64,000 bases of DNA from Lingula anatina (lineage: Eukaryota > Animalia > Brachiopoda): the NCBI GenBank assembly GCA_051362555.1, contig CM120640.1:54910788-54974787 (forward strand), given 5' to 3'. This document shows positions 35,001 to 48,692 of the stretch, in pieces. The position numbers and the translations under genes were made by a program. Within the stretch, counting starts at the first letter, position 1, and the number at the start of each line of letters is the position of its first letter. The notes below the pieces were generated by a model. That model saw only the letters and a program-made list of their open reading frames with translations, was not told the DNA's origin and searched no databases.

Positions 35001-38000
35001 CCTGCGTCTGTCGTCTCCGTCATCGCCGTCACCGGCGCCGTGCACTTTCATTGTAAACACGATAAGTGGAAGGCAGTTTTACTTTTTGGTTTTATATTTA
35101 CAGAGCTGATGAATATTCATAAAACGCAGGTCAAGTTTGACAATCAGCATGATCAGGTCATTATTGTAGAAGTTATGCTTTATTTTTCACTTTTCAGCAT
35201 ATATGCAACACTGTAAACACATTCCAAGGAAAACCGATAGGCCTGTTGTCATGAAACTCACAGGAGTAATCTATCTTACTAAAACGCAGGTTGAGTTAAA
35301 AGATCAGCATAATCGGGCCATTATTTTAGAAGTTATGTTGTTTTTTTCACATTTTCTCAGATTCAATTCCTAGGCATGTTAACAGTTTCATTATTTAATT
35401 AATAAGATATTAAAAGTGTTTGTTTGACATTTCCCGCATCTTTACAACATTGTTAGTTGATTTTGTAAAAATGATAGTTAATTTGTTATCGTGTATTGTG
35501 TAATAAAGTTTCAAAAATGGAATTAATTTCATATCATTGCAGTTTGTCAGATTCAATCATTCACTATGTTCAGAATCTCAGAATGGAAGAAATTGGACAT
35601 TTAACACTGCTCTATTGATATTTTTCCCATCTCATCAATTTTCTTAGTTGATCATATAAAAATGGCAGTAAACTGTTAATTTTGTTTTATGTTAAAAAAA
35701 TGTTAAAAATGGAAAAAAAAACATTTCAGAACAGTGCTGTCTTGTCTACATTTTGGCATTTTCAAGTTGTGACTTTGACGTTCCATGGGCCTGAAAACCT
35801 TTGCTAGTCACATTTTCTGAATATCCATGATACTAATATTTTATTATTAAAAATTGATGGTCATTATGCTGTTAAACATTATGTTATATTGCATCAAAAT
35901 TTGAAAAAATCCTATTTTGGGCACTGCTCCCATGATGACCATTTAAGAAAAACCATGTCACTTACTGTTCTCAAACTTACAGGAAAGAAACATGGGATTA
36001 AAATATAGCTTCAGTAGGCAATGCAATCTGCCAGTTAAACAGTTTTTTTGTGAAATTTTAATTTTTCACATATTGACACTTTCAAGGTGTGACTTTGAAG
36101 TTCCACAGGCTTGAAGACCCATGCTTGTCACATTTTCTGAAAATCCAAGATACGTATATTTTATTATTAAAAATTGATTGTCATTATGCTGGTAACCATT
36201 ATGTAATATTGCATCAGAATAGAAGAAAACACAATTTTGGGTGCTGCTGCCATGATGACCATTATGGGAAAACCATGTTACTTATGATTGCCAAACTTTC
36301 AAAAAAGAAATACAGGACTAAAATGCAGTCTGAGTTGGAAAAGCAGTCTAATTGACTTCTTTTTCTGGAACTTTTACATTTTCAAAGGGTGAACTTGAAC
36401 TCCCATGGGCCTGAAGCTTTATGTTTGTTACACATTTTACTTACATTGGTATTACCTGTTGAGCATAATCAGAATTTGATGTTGAATTTGCAGTTTAACA
36501 TAATGTACTTTTGCATCAGAATTGACAGTAGCCTATTTTGTTATTTCCTGCTTTTTGTCTGTACATTTGACAGCTTTGCTGCCTTGTTACATTCAAAGTT
36601 AGTCCCTGGTTTTTTTCTAAAAAGTTTGGTTTTTTGTTAAAATCTCTTAAGAGATTTTAACAGAGTATAGCCATCAATGGAGGTCACGTGGTCTAAAGAC
36701 AAGCTCAGATATCAGAATAATAGCTATTACTGCCGTTTTGTGGTAAAACAGAATATATTATATTTCTATGAGTTATTCACAAATGTTTTTATTGTGAAAT
36801 ATAGATCTCATACGAAGAGTTATTATCCCTTTAATGGTTGTTGATAAGTGAAATTCTCATATCCAAATGAACTAAGAGCCAGCATATGTTCATTGACCAT
36901 ATAGGTCTCTGGCCAGGTTTAGGTAGATTTTCACTCAGACAACGCAAATGATCTGTAATCTAATTGAAGACTATATTTACTACCTTATTTATGAGGGGAT
37001 AGATATGGGGGTCCTGTAATTATAATTAAGGGGTCATTATTATTATCAGCTTTGTATAATCAAGTGAACCACCTGTAGTGACATTACACAGGTGATGAAA
37101 TGATAGAACATTAGTGGTTATTCTATATTCATACACAGGCTAGGCTTTGTTTCTCCCACTTGCATGCTGAACAAACAGCATGGCCAGTCAGTGGTATTTG
37201 TGAAGTGCACATGTAGCATGTGTAGGTGCCATCAAGTCTTAGTGTGTTACTGTTCTATTATGTGGCCTAGAACACAGGATCCAGTTGTTGTGGTCCCCAG
37301 TCCATGGCATGCTGAAGACAGACAAGATAAAAGATGGCTTTGCTACTCACCTTATGTTAGATTTGGAATTGCCATTACTATGACCTACACTTTCATCATC
37401 ATTTTGCTATTAACAGTTTTCTCTCCATGATTCTCAGCCTGCTATTGTCTATAGATATGTCTTAAGAAGATATGATTTTAATAAATACAGGTATTAAAAA
37501 TATGAAACCGATTTCTTTAACTACATGATACTTTTATGGTAGTTAAGTATTCCATTATATAAACTATGTGAACCCATATGGTAAAAAACTTTTTATGTAA
37601 TTAGCATAATGCTTTTTATTGAATCACACTTAGACTACTATTAAATGGTATTTTATGAAGCAAAGTTGAAGATGTTTTGGTTGCATTGATTTTGATGTAA
37701 CCCAAGCTAGATTTAGATTTTGTCTCAACTAGAAAAGAAGTTTTAGAAATGTTAATTTCTTTTTAATTTAGAAATGGACACTGAGTTGTTCCCTGCCCAG
37801 AGCTGCAATCCACTGGACCTGACCATGACCACGGTAACAGCACCAACATCAGCAACAACAACAACCACAACAATGCCAACAGAAAAACGACAAATGAGCC
37901 TGATAAAACAGGAGCGACTGGAAACGGAAATGGCGACGAAGACCCTGACTGGCGGCAACGGACAGACCCACACATGCTATGTGAAACAACCCACAATCAT

Positions 38001-41000
38001 ACTGGCCACTACAACACAGCTGGTAGAACAACAGTTCAAGCAAGAGAAGCACACCATTCCCAAAGTCAACATTAAGGTTGAACCACCTGATGCCATGGAC
38101 ATCGAATCAACAAGTAAGATATTGACTCTTCTGAGTAGATTAATTATTCACCAGTCTGAGCTCAGCATGAGGATAGTAGATTGGCTTTTGCATGTAGCTA
38201 AACCTTGATAATATTACCTGTCTTGATTATTCTAAGGAAATCAATTATAATTGACATTTGGAATGTATTGGAGTCATTACCACTGTGTTTCAAAATGAGA
38301 CTATGATTGTTGGGAAGCATATTGACAGAAAGCTAGAAAAAACAAAATGGATGCCATCGTAAATTAAGATAGTATGCCTTGCTTCTGAATATTTGTTTAG
38401 ATAATTAGTTAAGATTACATTTTCCCTTCTATTCACTGACCCCCTACCTACTTATGTTTGTTTGAGAAGAGTGCACTTTGACTCATGGTTGTGTTACTTT
38501 TTTATTTGGGGAAGGAGACAGGTTTTAACTACACGTTATTCTCATTTTGTATATTTCATGCTTTTAGTACGTCCCTCAGTTTTGTATGAGATTCATAATT
38601 TGTCTATTTTTATAATAATTATGATATCATTAAAAACTGTAGTCAGAACATTGAACTTTCACAAGGACTTCACATGGCAAATATATTGCCAACAACCAGA
38701 AATTTCACCTTTTATTGTTCCCTGTCTAGTTTTCTTGAAATTGAAAACATTGTTTTTACAATCACAATTTCATGGATTTCAGGTTATGATTCCATCCACC
38801 TGCCACCGACCCCTCCAAGCAGTGCTTCTAGTGACAGTGAAGGTGGCCTGAGCCCACGCCGCTCTCCACCTTCCAGTCCACAGAGAATGTTACAGCCGCG
38901 TTCACAAATGCGGCAACCTATGCCATCACCATTTATTCAGAGCACTGTAAGTGTATGCTATAGTACATGATGTATAAGTTTCTAATTTGGCTGCAGGAAA
39001 ATTGGTAATTGTGCATTTAATAATATATACATTTTTCTCATTTTCACATATGAAATGTCATCTATTTGTGAACCTGTGGTCACATAGTTGGGAATATTAA
39101 ATTGTTTTAGACTCGAGGGAATATTGCTGGAAGCCAAAGTTGTGATGTGCTGTAGGGTGACATGTTTTCCCTTTACATGGCACATCTGCTCTCTCACCAA
39201 GAATAGCACCACCTGTTTATCCTCAGATATGAGTATCCTCTCTGTATAAAGCCCTGCTTGACCCTAAAGTGCCCCTTATCTCTATTTAGCTGGGTTTGTG
39301 GAAGCACACCCTAGCCAAAAGAAATGTTTGTATCCAAAGATATAGAATAACAGTAGATGTGAAACAGTTATTTAAAGAAAGAAATGGGCAAATATTCAAG
39401 GTTAATGTTAAGTGAGTTGAGATGATTATTTAATGCACTTTAATATATATTATTATATATATAGAGAGAGACAGAAGTAACGTCAGTGCTACACATTGCC
39501 AGAGCTGTATTGTTATCAAGCACCAGCATCATTTGAATGGTTACTGTTTCTCTTTCTACTGTATATTGATAGTGGAATGAATTAATATTTTATAGACCAT
39601 GAAAGCTAGAATTTATTATCTGTATGCTGGACACAATCTGCTTTATGTGCATGTGGGTTGCATATTTTTTATGCATGAACCAGTGATGGAATTTTTCCTT
39701 ATTGTAGAGCTACATTAACTGTAGGACTTCCTGTTGATCAAGTTGTAGATGGATCAACTGTTGTCTTTCTTTTCTTACTTTCTAGCAGTCAAAACAACCA
39801 AAAAAAGTTCAATCTATCCAAAGTCCCTCTGAACTGGTGTCAGTAATGGGTCACAATTTTACACTCCTCAGATAATTTACACTCCTTAGATATAGAACCA
39901 GACTTTAATATTTATACATGTACATGCATTAATACATCCAACATGATGCAGATATAAACCCTTCTCTATCTTAGACTTGATTATTAACATGGATATATTA
40001 CGTGAAAGCTGATTAAAAGTATAAAAGACAAGTGAAAAGTAGAGAACATAAACAGTTGCTGAATCTTTTTAAGTTTATTTTTAACTATGGCTGTTAAATA
40101 CCTGTTAAACATAATTGTCAATTTTATAATAAAGTAACAGTTGACAATCTAGGCTGAGGGTATTTTTTGAATGTAAGGTGATTTTTGTGTATATCACATC
40201 ATATTATGTGGAAAATATTTACATGATTAATGTTTTTTTTCCTGTCTATATTCACAGATTCCTCAGTCTGGAGTTTTAATATTAACAGAAGAGGAAAAGA
40301 GGACATTAATATCAGAAGGTTATCCCATACCTTCAAAACTGCCACTCACAAAGCAAGAGGAGAAAAATCTTAAGAAAATAAGAAGGAAAATTAAAAACAA
40401 GGTAGGTTTTATTTTGTATATAGACACAGTTTCCCTTTGAAGGTGGAACATCAAAATGTTTCTATGAAAGTTAAGTCCCTGGTCAAGGGTTTTCTTGCAG
40501 TGTTACTCGGTGACCATTAATCACACTGGTGTGCACTTCAGGTCAACCCAAATGCCCTACCCAGCAATAACAAAAGTACAGTGGGGCATTTTAGGTCAGC
40601 ATAAAATCATTTTCCATGAATTGTTTTTTTACCCAGTATTTCCCACTTGTTACAAGTTCACTTTAAGCAACCCATCTGTTTTGGAAAACTTGCCATACTA
40701 CAAAGAAATTAAGTTATTCTAGGTCTAGACTGTTCTAATGGAAGCATTTACCAGCTTGATGTCTATCAGAACTAGAAAAAAAAGTCACTTTAGGTTAACA
40801 GGGTCAGACATCGTTACTCTCATGCCTGTTGGCAGGGAAAGATAAATCAACGTAGAGGAAATGACACTAGTTTTAAGCATTTGGCAGGATTTCCGATTTC
40901 TTAAAAGATTTTCTAATAACTATTGACTCTTTTCAACAACTCTTTTCTCTTTTAGATATCAGCACAAGAAAGTAGGCGGAAAAAGAAGGAATACTTGGAG

Positions 41001-44000
41001 TGTTTAGAAAAAAGGTGAGTGTTTGCAGGCCACTGATCTGAGTAATCTTGTTATTTTTCCTTGAGAGAATTGGTTGAGATGGGATCTCATTGATTGTAAA
41101 AACATGTTTTCCCACTTCTGGTGATCCCTTCCCAGACTTCTTGGAATTGACCAAAAGCACAGATACAATCATCATTAATGAAAGGTGCTTTTTGTTTTTT
41201 CAAAACAATATTCAATTTCCCTAGACTGGTAAGAAAACAGCCAGGCTCAATATGAAATTAAAGAAATGACTGGATAAACTTCAAAAGCCTGCAACACTGT
41301 GTGGTTGGGTGGTGCATAATAAAATCCTTATTGCCAGTTACAAGGCTGAATACAGTAGTGTCTGGGCTGTTACTCACTGTGACCTGAATAGAAGGGGTGA
41401 CTGGAGTGCTGAGTGGAAAGTGCCAAATTTTGTGGTTTGAAATTCAATTAGTTCTGCTGGAAATGTCTGGAAAGGATTGTTAACCTACTGGATATTTTTG
41501 AGCAGCGGTTAAAAACAAGTTTGAGCTGTAATAAAAAGCAGCAAATGTATCAAAGATAAAAAGGGAAATGTCAATTGGTTATCATGCAAAGGCATTTCTT
41601 ATTCATCAAATTAAGTTTATCCTGGCATTTTTAATCTTTTAGGCAAATTTTAATTTTTTGTCCTGCCAATTAATAGAAAGTGGTGAAACAAGTTTTTATT
41701 TTCTTTTGACAAAGTATGTTATCTTTAACAAGTGTTACTGGGGAAGTGAAATATTATGCATAAGCTTGATCCCAGTTAACACTGGCACAGATGAAATGGT
41801 TGATTGATATGTGTGGAGACCAGCATGGCTTGTGTATAAAGTGATGTGGGAGTTGCTGTGGGAGTCTGTGGATGTGTGACCTCAAGGTCAACCCAGCTGA
41901 ACAACAAGCATGATGCAATACAGCTGGTTTAAATGAGACAGCCTTTTGAACTCCTACTACTACTTCCATTTCAATGCAACTTGGTCATTTATCACCAAGG
42001 CAAGCCTCAACCTCCTGCACAGCTGTGGAAACATTATCACCATGACATTATCATTATTGTGGTATTATTTGCAAGATATAATAGAGGTCATTGTTGTGGA
42101 ATGGATTAGATATTTCCTGGAGTGATATTAAATATCTATTGTCCAAACTGAAACATGATAGCCTTTTTCCATAAATGCTTCTCAAAATGAGCAGTAGTAC
42201 ATCTGATATAATGGCCATTTGATCTGAAATGACAGTTTTCATTTGTGCATTAAAAACATTTTATGTCAGATGTTCTGATGTTCTTCCATCATTCAGAGAC
42301 ATGTGACAAAATTATCAAGTGAAATTTTCAAATATACAGTAAATCTACATACTTAAATTTAAAGAATTTTGGAAGTTTTGTCAAATGTGCTGTTATTTCT
42401 TCAGTGCAATGATGCTTTCATGTGTTTCATACATATCAGTTACAATATTTTACTTTATGTATATGGTATTGTCATCTAACCTCTTCCTCCTCCTTTTTCA
42501 GAGTTGAGCAAGTGAATGTAGAAAATAATGATCTGAGAAAGAAAGTTGACAGTTTGGAAAGCAGCAACAGGTTAGTGTTTTTTTATTGGTATAAGTATAT
42601 TTTTATAAGTTTAAGATAAGATTCACAGCTATGTTATGGTAGAGTTAAATGTTTTTCTCTACTGTATACTAGCACCTTTGAGTCAGTGTTAGTAGTTACT
42701 GTGATCAGTATTACTGATAATATTAAGTTAAGTTCCTTAAGGATTTTCCACAGGAAAAAAACTTGTTGATGATAAAAATGTTGCCACAGCAGAATATTCT
42801 TCTACATGTACATTGTCTTCAATTTTAGGTCATTACTTTCTCAGCTGCAGAAACTCCAGAATATCTGTAATAAAGTATGCCCATCATCACCCACCACACA
42901 AGCTGGTACTTGTCTAATGGTAAGTGGTTGCCATGACAATTGAGCATATGCACTGATATAGTGACGTTACCTAGCAATTACCACTGGCTGACATGCATTC
43001 TTTATGAGCAGGGATTGGAGATAGATGCGTATTTAAAGTCAACATGTTGTCAAGTATTAGCATTATGAAATATGCAAGGTGATCTGTTTTACTTCATGGT
43101 TCAAGTCCATATGTTACTAGGGAAGTGGCAGCTCAGTTAAAGAAACATGCAGACATTGTATAGAATCAGTCTCTTTAGGTATTTTCTTTATGCTGTTAAT
43201 CATGAGGATGAGGTATTTAATGGGTACATTAAAGTTTTGTGCTCATGTGTGAAGTTGCCAATCAAAATAATTTATATTGGTATAAAATATGTAACATGAA
43301 AAGCTGTATGGGATAATGTTTCTTTCAGAATTTAAATATGATACATTTCAAGTTTCTACAAGTTTTTCATTTAAATTGAATTACACATAACTGCAAAATT
43401 TACAAATTTTACAGGTGCTTGTATTGTTCTTCTCTGTGTTCCTGGGGAATATGTCCCCCACCTCCCTGAACATAGGCTATTCCCCTATAGCTGCCATGCC
43501 CAAACCAGACTTCCACTTCCATGACAGTGTGGTAGGGCCACATCCCAAGGATGCTTATGCCACTCCAAACCGTAAGTGACCTTGTTTTTGTATTGTCTTC
43601 TTTGTATCATGTTCTCGAAATAGATTAGTCACATTCTTTTTTCTTTTTCTTTTGAATGATTATCTGAGATGGCTGTTTTTTGCCAATGGATTGTCTATAA
43701 GTTTGAATATAAATTGTGCTTTTAAAACCATTACAGCATAGTCATTAATAATAAACTGACCCCATGTATGTTATATTCTACAAAATGTCATTAATTACAT
43801 TTGAATACAGTAATATACAGTTGTTATAGTTATAATTATTATTATTGCATAAAATAATAATTGGCATCATGATTAAAATACCCACAGTAGCTCAGGGATG
43901 TGCAGAATATCAATTCAGAAAATATGATGAATTAATTTCCAAATTGTCATCTGGTAGATAACAAAGGTACAGAAAATATCCTATAGTAGTTATCAAGACT

Positions 44001-44303
44001 TATCACTATTGAACATTTTTTCTTACAGAACGCTCCTCGCGTGTCTTGCTTTCGATGCAAGAAGAACATGATGTGGAGTCTGCAGCACATGATCCAAACA
44101 GCCTCCTTGCCAGTATTGCCAACAAGTTCTTCCATGAGGTGACCCCTGATGAACATGACAACACCGCAGTGGTCTTCAATGCTGTGTCACCACAGAGTAA
44201 TGACACTGCAGATGAGGTCAAGGTTGTGGATCAAGCCTCCATGCACCCGGACATTGCAGCAGACATCAGAGTGATGGACCAGAGTGTCAATGCCACGGCC
44301 TGA
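29100..44303 (+). CDS. CREB3L2: CREB3-like (CREB3L1/CREB3L2/CrebA ortholog) ER-membrane bZIP transcription factor, ~531 aa
   Basis: Exons 29100-29201, 32947-33139, 37772-38113, 38783-38946, 40258-40401, 40956-41014, 42502-42570, 42829-42919, 43415-43571 and 44029-44303 (1596 nt, in frame). Motifs: [39 protein letters not shown] domain [24 protein letters not shown], b[44 protein letters not shown]1P-like RVLL. It is likely co-orthologous to both CREB3L1 and CREB3L2. Confidence 0.93.
33322..36830 (+). mobile_element. Kolobok-like MITE split in two by a ~3.2-kb Helentron-type insertion
   Basis: The left arm 33322-33415 (AGTGATAATAACTCTT...TAATGAATTCATTTT) and right arm 36588-36830 (TACATTCAAAGTTAGTCCCTG...GAGTTATTATCCCT-TTAA) rejoin to match the reverse complement of 24900-25233. 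Confidence 0.8.
33416..36587 (+). mobile_element. Composite Helentron/HINE element with an internal satellite-like tandem array
   Basis: 5' T-tract plus hairpin TGTACAGACAC-AGAT-GTGTCTGTACA (33418-33443), a (GTCGCC)n microsatellite, ~160-bp tandem units (~33591, ~33751, ~33909), a ~350-bp duplication (~34030 vs ~34380) and a second head at ~34975. The 3' subTIR TGTCTGTACA (36556-36565) is followed by a short stem-loop and TTGTT. Confidence 0.8.
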
Positions 44304-45747
44304 TTGTTGATGGTCAGTTTTAATGGTGCAGTGGAATTGGTCAGCATTTACCAACTTAGCTGACTGACCAAGAACTGTTGGACCAAAGTGTAACATGCTT
44401 TTTGATATATATATATATATGTATACATATGTAGCTGTAACAGGCAGGCATTTCTGTAAAGAGGTTTTGAGCAGTTGCGTGGTACGCACATATGATACTA
44501 CATTCTGGTTTTGATTGTGTTGGAGAACACATAGACTTAGAATGTAGTTTGTATTATAGTGACCCACATGGGGAAGCACAGCAGTGTCCCAGAACTGCTT
44601 CCAAGGGCATGGGAAAAATAACAGGTGGTGGGATAAGGGGGTGAGGGATCTAACTCATAATGATATCCATATCATAAAATGTTTGTTGTTGATGTCATTT
44701 GCATAACTACTCTAACAGGGTTAGTTAAGTAGACTGGTTTATGTTATTATAAAACCTGATAGTGTAGTTGACTTTTTTTAGAAAAATAATTACTACCTAA
44801 GGACAAAATGGTTAAAAAAATAGAAAAACTGTACAAGAACTAAATTAAGATAAAACAAAAAAGGAAACGGATCATTTTACGTTGCCAAAGAGTGAAGTGC
44901 AATTAGAGCACGTAGAAAAGCAAGTACAGTGTCAGGGGAAATTGTAAAGCATTCAAAGATGTTACCCCTTGTGTTATATAAAGCACCAACTGTCTCAGTT
45001 AAACACATGCACTGAATCTTGCAATTATCACCATAGAATATAGCCCCACAGATGACACCCTATATAGTCTATTTACCTCTTAGCCATGAGGTCAAGCCCC
45101 TAAGGCTGCTAATGTACATAAGACATGGGTAAAGCTACCCTTTTGCTATTTATTTAAATATTCATACTTAAACTGCAGCTGAAGCATGCTGGTGTAGACT
45201 CTGGGCATTCAATGAAGCAGTGAAGACCAGAGAGCCAAGCATTACTTGTAGTCCCTTGTTTCCAAGACTTTCCCTGCACAGATTCTAGTCACTAGGCTTG
45301 GCATACTAGTGCATTTATTTATTTATAATAATTATTATTATATCAGTATTTTTAATCTGAAATATTGGAAGTATGGTGCAAAACTTCTGTTTTGTGAATA
45401 GTGTTTTTAGAATCCTGTAAAAACACTGATATTGACCAAGGGAAATTCCTGGGACATAAATGGTGCATGAATTCATTCTAATACATTCTGTAATTGCCAT
45501 ACAAAACTGTTGTCTCCGTCTCAGCAAGATAATGGGTACTAGACAGACACCTTGTCCTTTTAGTACTACTGTGTATGATGCAGTTTAAGTCTGGTGGTAT
45601 ATTTTTTAAAGTATGAATTTTGTATATATTTATCTATTACTATGAAGTATGTTTATGTTAAAGAGGAAATGCAATATGTTTTCCATTCATTCATGTCACA
45701 CATCAATTTTTTGTCATTCTCATACAGCTTATGAATTATCCAGTTGC

Positions 45748-45753
45748 AATAAA
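45748..45753 (+). terminator. Candidate polyadenylation signal of the CREB3L gene
   Basis: AATAAA followed by a T/GT-rich downstream element, ~1.45 kb after the stop codon. Confidence 0.45.
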
Positions 45754-48692
45754 AATATTTTAAGTGAAATTTGTGTTATTAATTTTGAAGGTACAGGTGA
45801 AATCTGAAAAAAAAAAAAATGACATTAAACTGTTTTAAAAAGTTGAAAAAAGGAATCCCAACTTGTCTAGTATCAACAAAGCCAATTAGTTAATGGACTT
45901 GGTTGCAAAGGTTCTGGAAATTGGAACCTTTTGTGAGTTACATTAAAAAAATGTCTTTATTGCATTTTGGGTCTTGCAGTTTTTAAACTTAAATCAATAG
46001 AAGGGAAAGAAGTACTATCATCTTACACTTTCTCTGGTAAACTCTTGATGGAAAATTGTGGTACAGCTGGTTAGAATGATTGCTACAGAGAAGATATCTC
46101 TAAAAAGTAACCTGATGTAGGTCACCCAAGCCAGACCTATATGCGGAAGAGCAATGGAGAATTCTTCTGTCATGTTAACCTGTCCAGTTGTTTTAAAACT
46201 GATTATCCACACACATATGCTGTAAATTATAATGAAGTTAAATAGAAATAACTAATAAAAAAATAAACGATCAACTTCAGCGAGGGCTTGGGTTAATTTT
46301 TTTATTATTAAAAATTGTTTTTTTATATAAGGAATATCAAAATAGGTCTTCTGAATATATTACCAGGTCAGCACAACCTCAGTGTGTTCTTTGCTCATGC
46401 TGGGATTTCAAGACAACCTAAAGCCATATTAAACAAAATCACCTAAGACCTACAACCTTCTTATTTACTCTACTATTACAAAAGCAGCACAAGATACAAG
46501 AAGGTTGCATCTGTTTAAGCATGTGCTTCACAGGTGGGAACAGTCAGTGCCCTGCTAGCTTTTATTTGCAATTAAATGAGTTATCATGAAGCTTAAAATG
46601 AAGCAAAGTCACTGATATACTGACTAGAATAAATCATAAAGGGGAAAAGAATTTTAAACATGTCAACTATCTACTGCTTTATATATCTACTGATATATAT
46701 ATCTCAATGTTCTCAAAGTAACCCTAAGAAAACTTGCTCCATGTTACAGTACTCTGGCTTACTGCATTGTTTACATCACTTATATAGATAACAGGAGAGC
46801 CAATCTCCAGTAAATTAACCTTCACAAAACAGGAAAGTAACTGAAGAAAATTAACTAAATGAACTGTGCAATCTTTCCAATCACAAAACTTGTTCAAAAG
46901 AATGAAAAAAGATGCTACATGCCATTTAATGAAATACCACCACACTCAAAAAGTAAGCAGACATTTTTCCTTGAGTTTGCTTTATATATATACAACAGTC
47001 ATAAAATTCATTTGCTTAAAGCTCAGGTACCAAGAATCATATCTGCAGCTTTTCATTCAAATCATTGTCTATTCTAGTTGCAATATAAGATACTGGATAA
47101 TTCAAAGTGCATCATAATAAAGTCTATTACTTCACCCATCTGCTATCAAGTTAGACTTTTAATTATGGGTACGCATGATAAAACAAAACACTTATTCTAA
47201 TTCTTAACATATATTGATAAGCTAGAGACAGAGAAGAATACTGAGAACAATTACTTAATAAACATTTTAAGTGCATAAATGCACAATGCTGTGGCATCAT
47301 TTAAGTTATTTATCCTGACAATGTCTGGTGTTTTTTTTTTCACTTCTAGAATTAGTAAAATATTTCAAATAAATTAATCTTAATTAAAAAACTTTCTAAT
47401 TAGTATTAAATAAGTCATTCAAGTCCAGCTTGATATGAAAGTTTTACCTAGCAAATCACTGTACCAGAGAATGTAACATGGATGCCAACAACTTATTTGA
47501 AGAAATATCACAATCTGACAATTGTCTGATCAAATGCTGTTCGATGATACAAGCAAGAATGACATTTGACTTTAAAAGTTACCAGTGGACAAAATTATGT
47601 GCTTTGTGCGAATTGTCACCAAACTGTCCTAGCTGGGAAATGATTTGGGCTAAAATGCCTCATTAGATATGATGACTGGCAACCTTGTTAGCACTGAGAG
47701 GTGAACAAAACACAGAAAACAAACCAGCAATGAAAATTCAATAAACTGGCTTCAATCAGATTATTCAGGCTGTCTGTTGCCTTGTACTTAGAAATAACAA
47801 AATAAATCCTGCATCAAGTACAATACTGCTTTCCAGTTGCTGTAGAACCATTGCATCCACTTCATTTTTACTTCTATACACAGAAATAATTGTACAATTC
47901 CATAGAGTATAATCATTGCATTAAATATCATTTGGGAAACTTGAGCTGTTGGAATGCTTCCAAAAATGCTATGGGTTAATATACTTAAATTTCTAGTACA
48001 GTAAGTACATTATTAGACTCTTCATGACCAACATATATATTGTGCAGAAGATAAAGACATCACTGCATACACACAGGTACATTATGTTAATCTGTACAAT
48101 GTCAACAATTCTTCATTTTTTGGTTAAAATAGTTGTATGCAATACAGTGCAGGTAAGAGATATTATGTAATAATGCTTGCATCGTCATCTTTGACAACAA
48201 CATCTCTATATTTGTCTGTGTTCCATGCAGTACTAGTACATCACAGTGTGCCATTTCTCCCTTCACAGATAAATGACTGCATATCCACAACAGAACACTA
48301 CATATTCTGCATTAACTGTTAACTGCTTACACTTGTTCTTTCAAAAAAACTCACACACGCGTACTGTTTCTCTTTCACAATACGAAGGTTAGGACCGCAT
48401 TACAGAATTTTCTCATTTTAAACTGTTTCTTGCATCTTCCTCTCACAACTTAATTTGTCCCTTTTAGTAAGAGCCATAATTTCATTTTCTTTTACTCTAT
48501 AAAACATTTCTTAGGATAAACATTTCCTGCAAAATCTTTGTCTGGTAGTCCTTTCCAACAAATATATCATGAAGTACTACCGAGTCTGAAAGTTTTTCAA
48601 CTCAAAATCACTTCTTATGATGAACAAATTCACAATGTTTGAAGCTAAACCCCAATAACCAAATGCTATGAACTCCTTGCAAAACAACACTG

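Noticed and set aside
41877-41890. TGACCTCAAGGTCA nuclear-receptor-like palindrome in a CREB3L intron
   Set aside because: A single short motif in 64 kb with no conservation data cannot be distinguished from chance.
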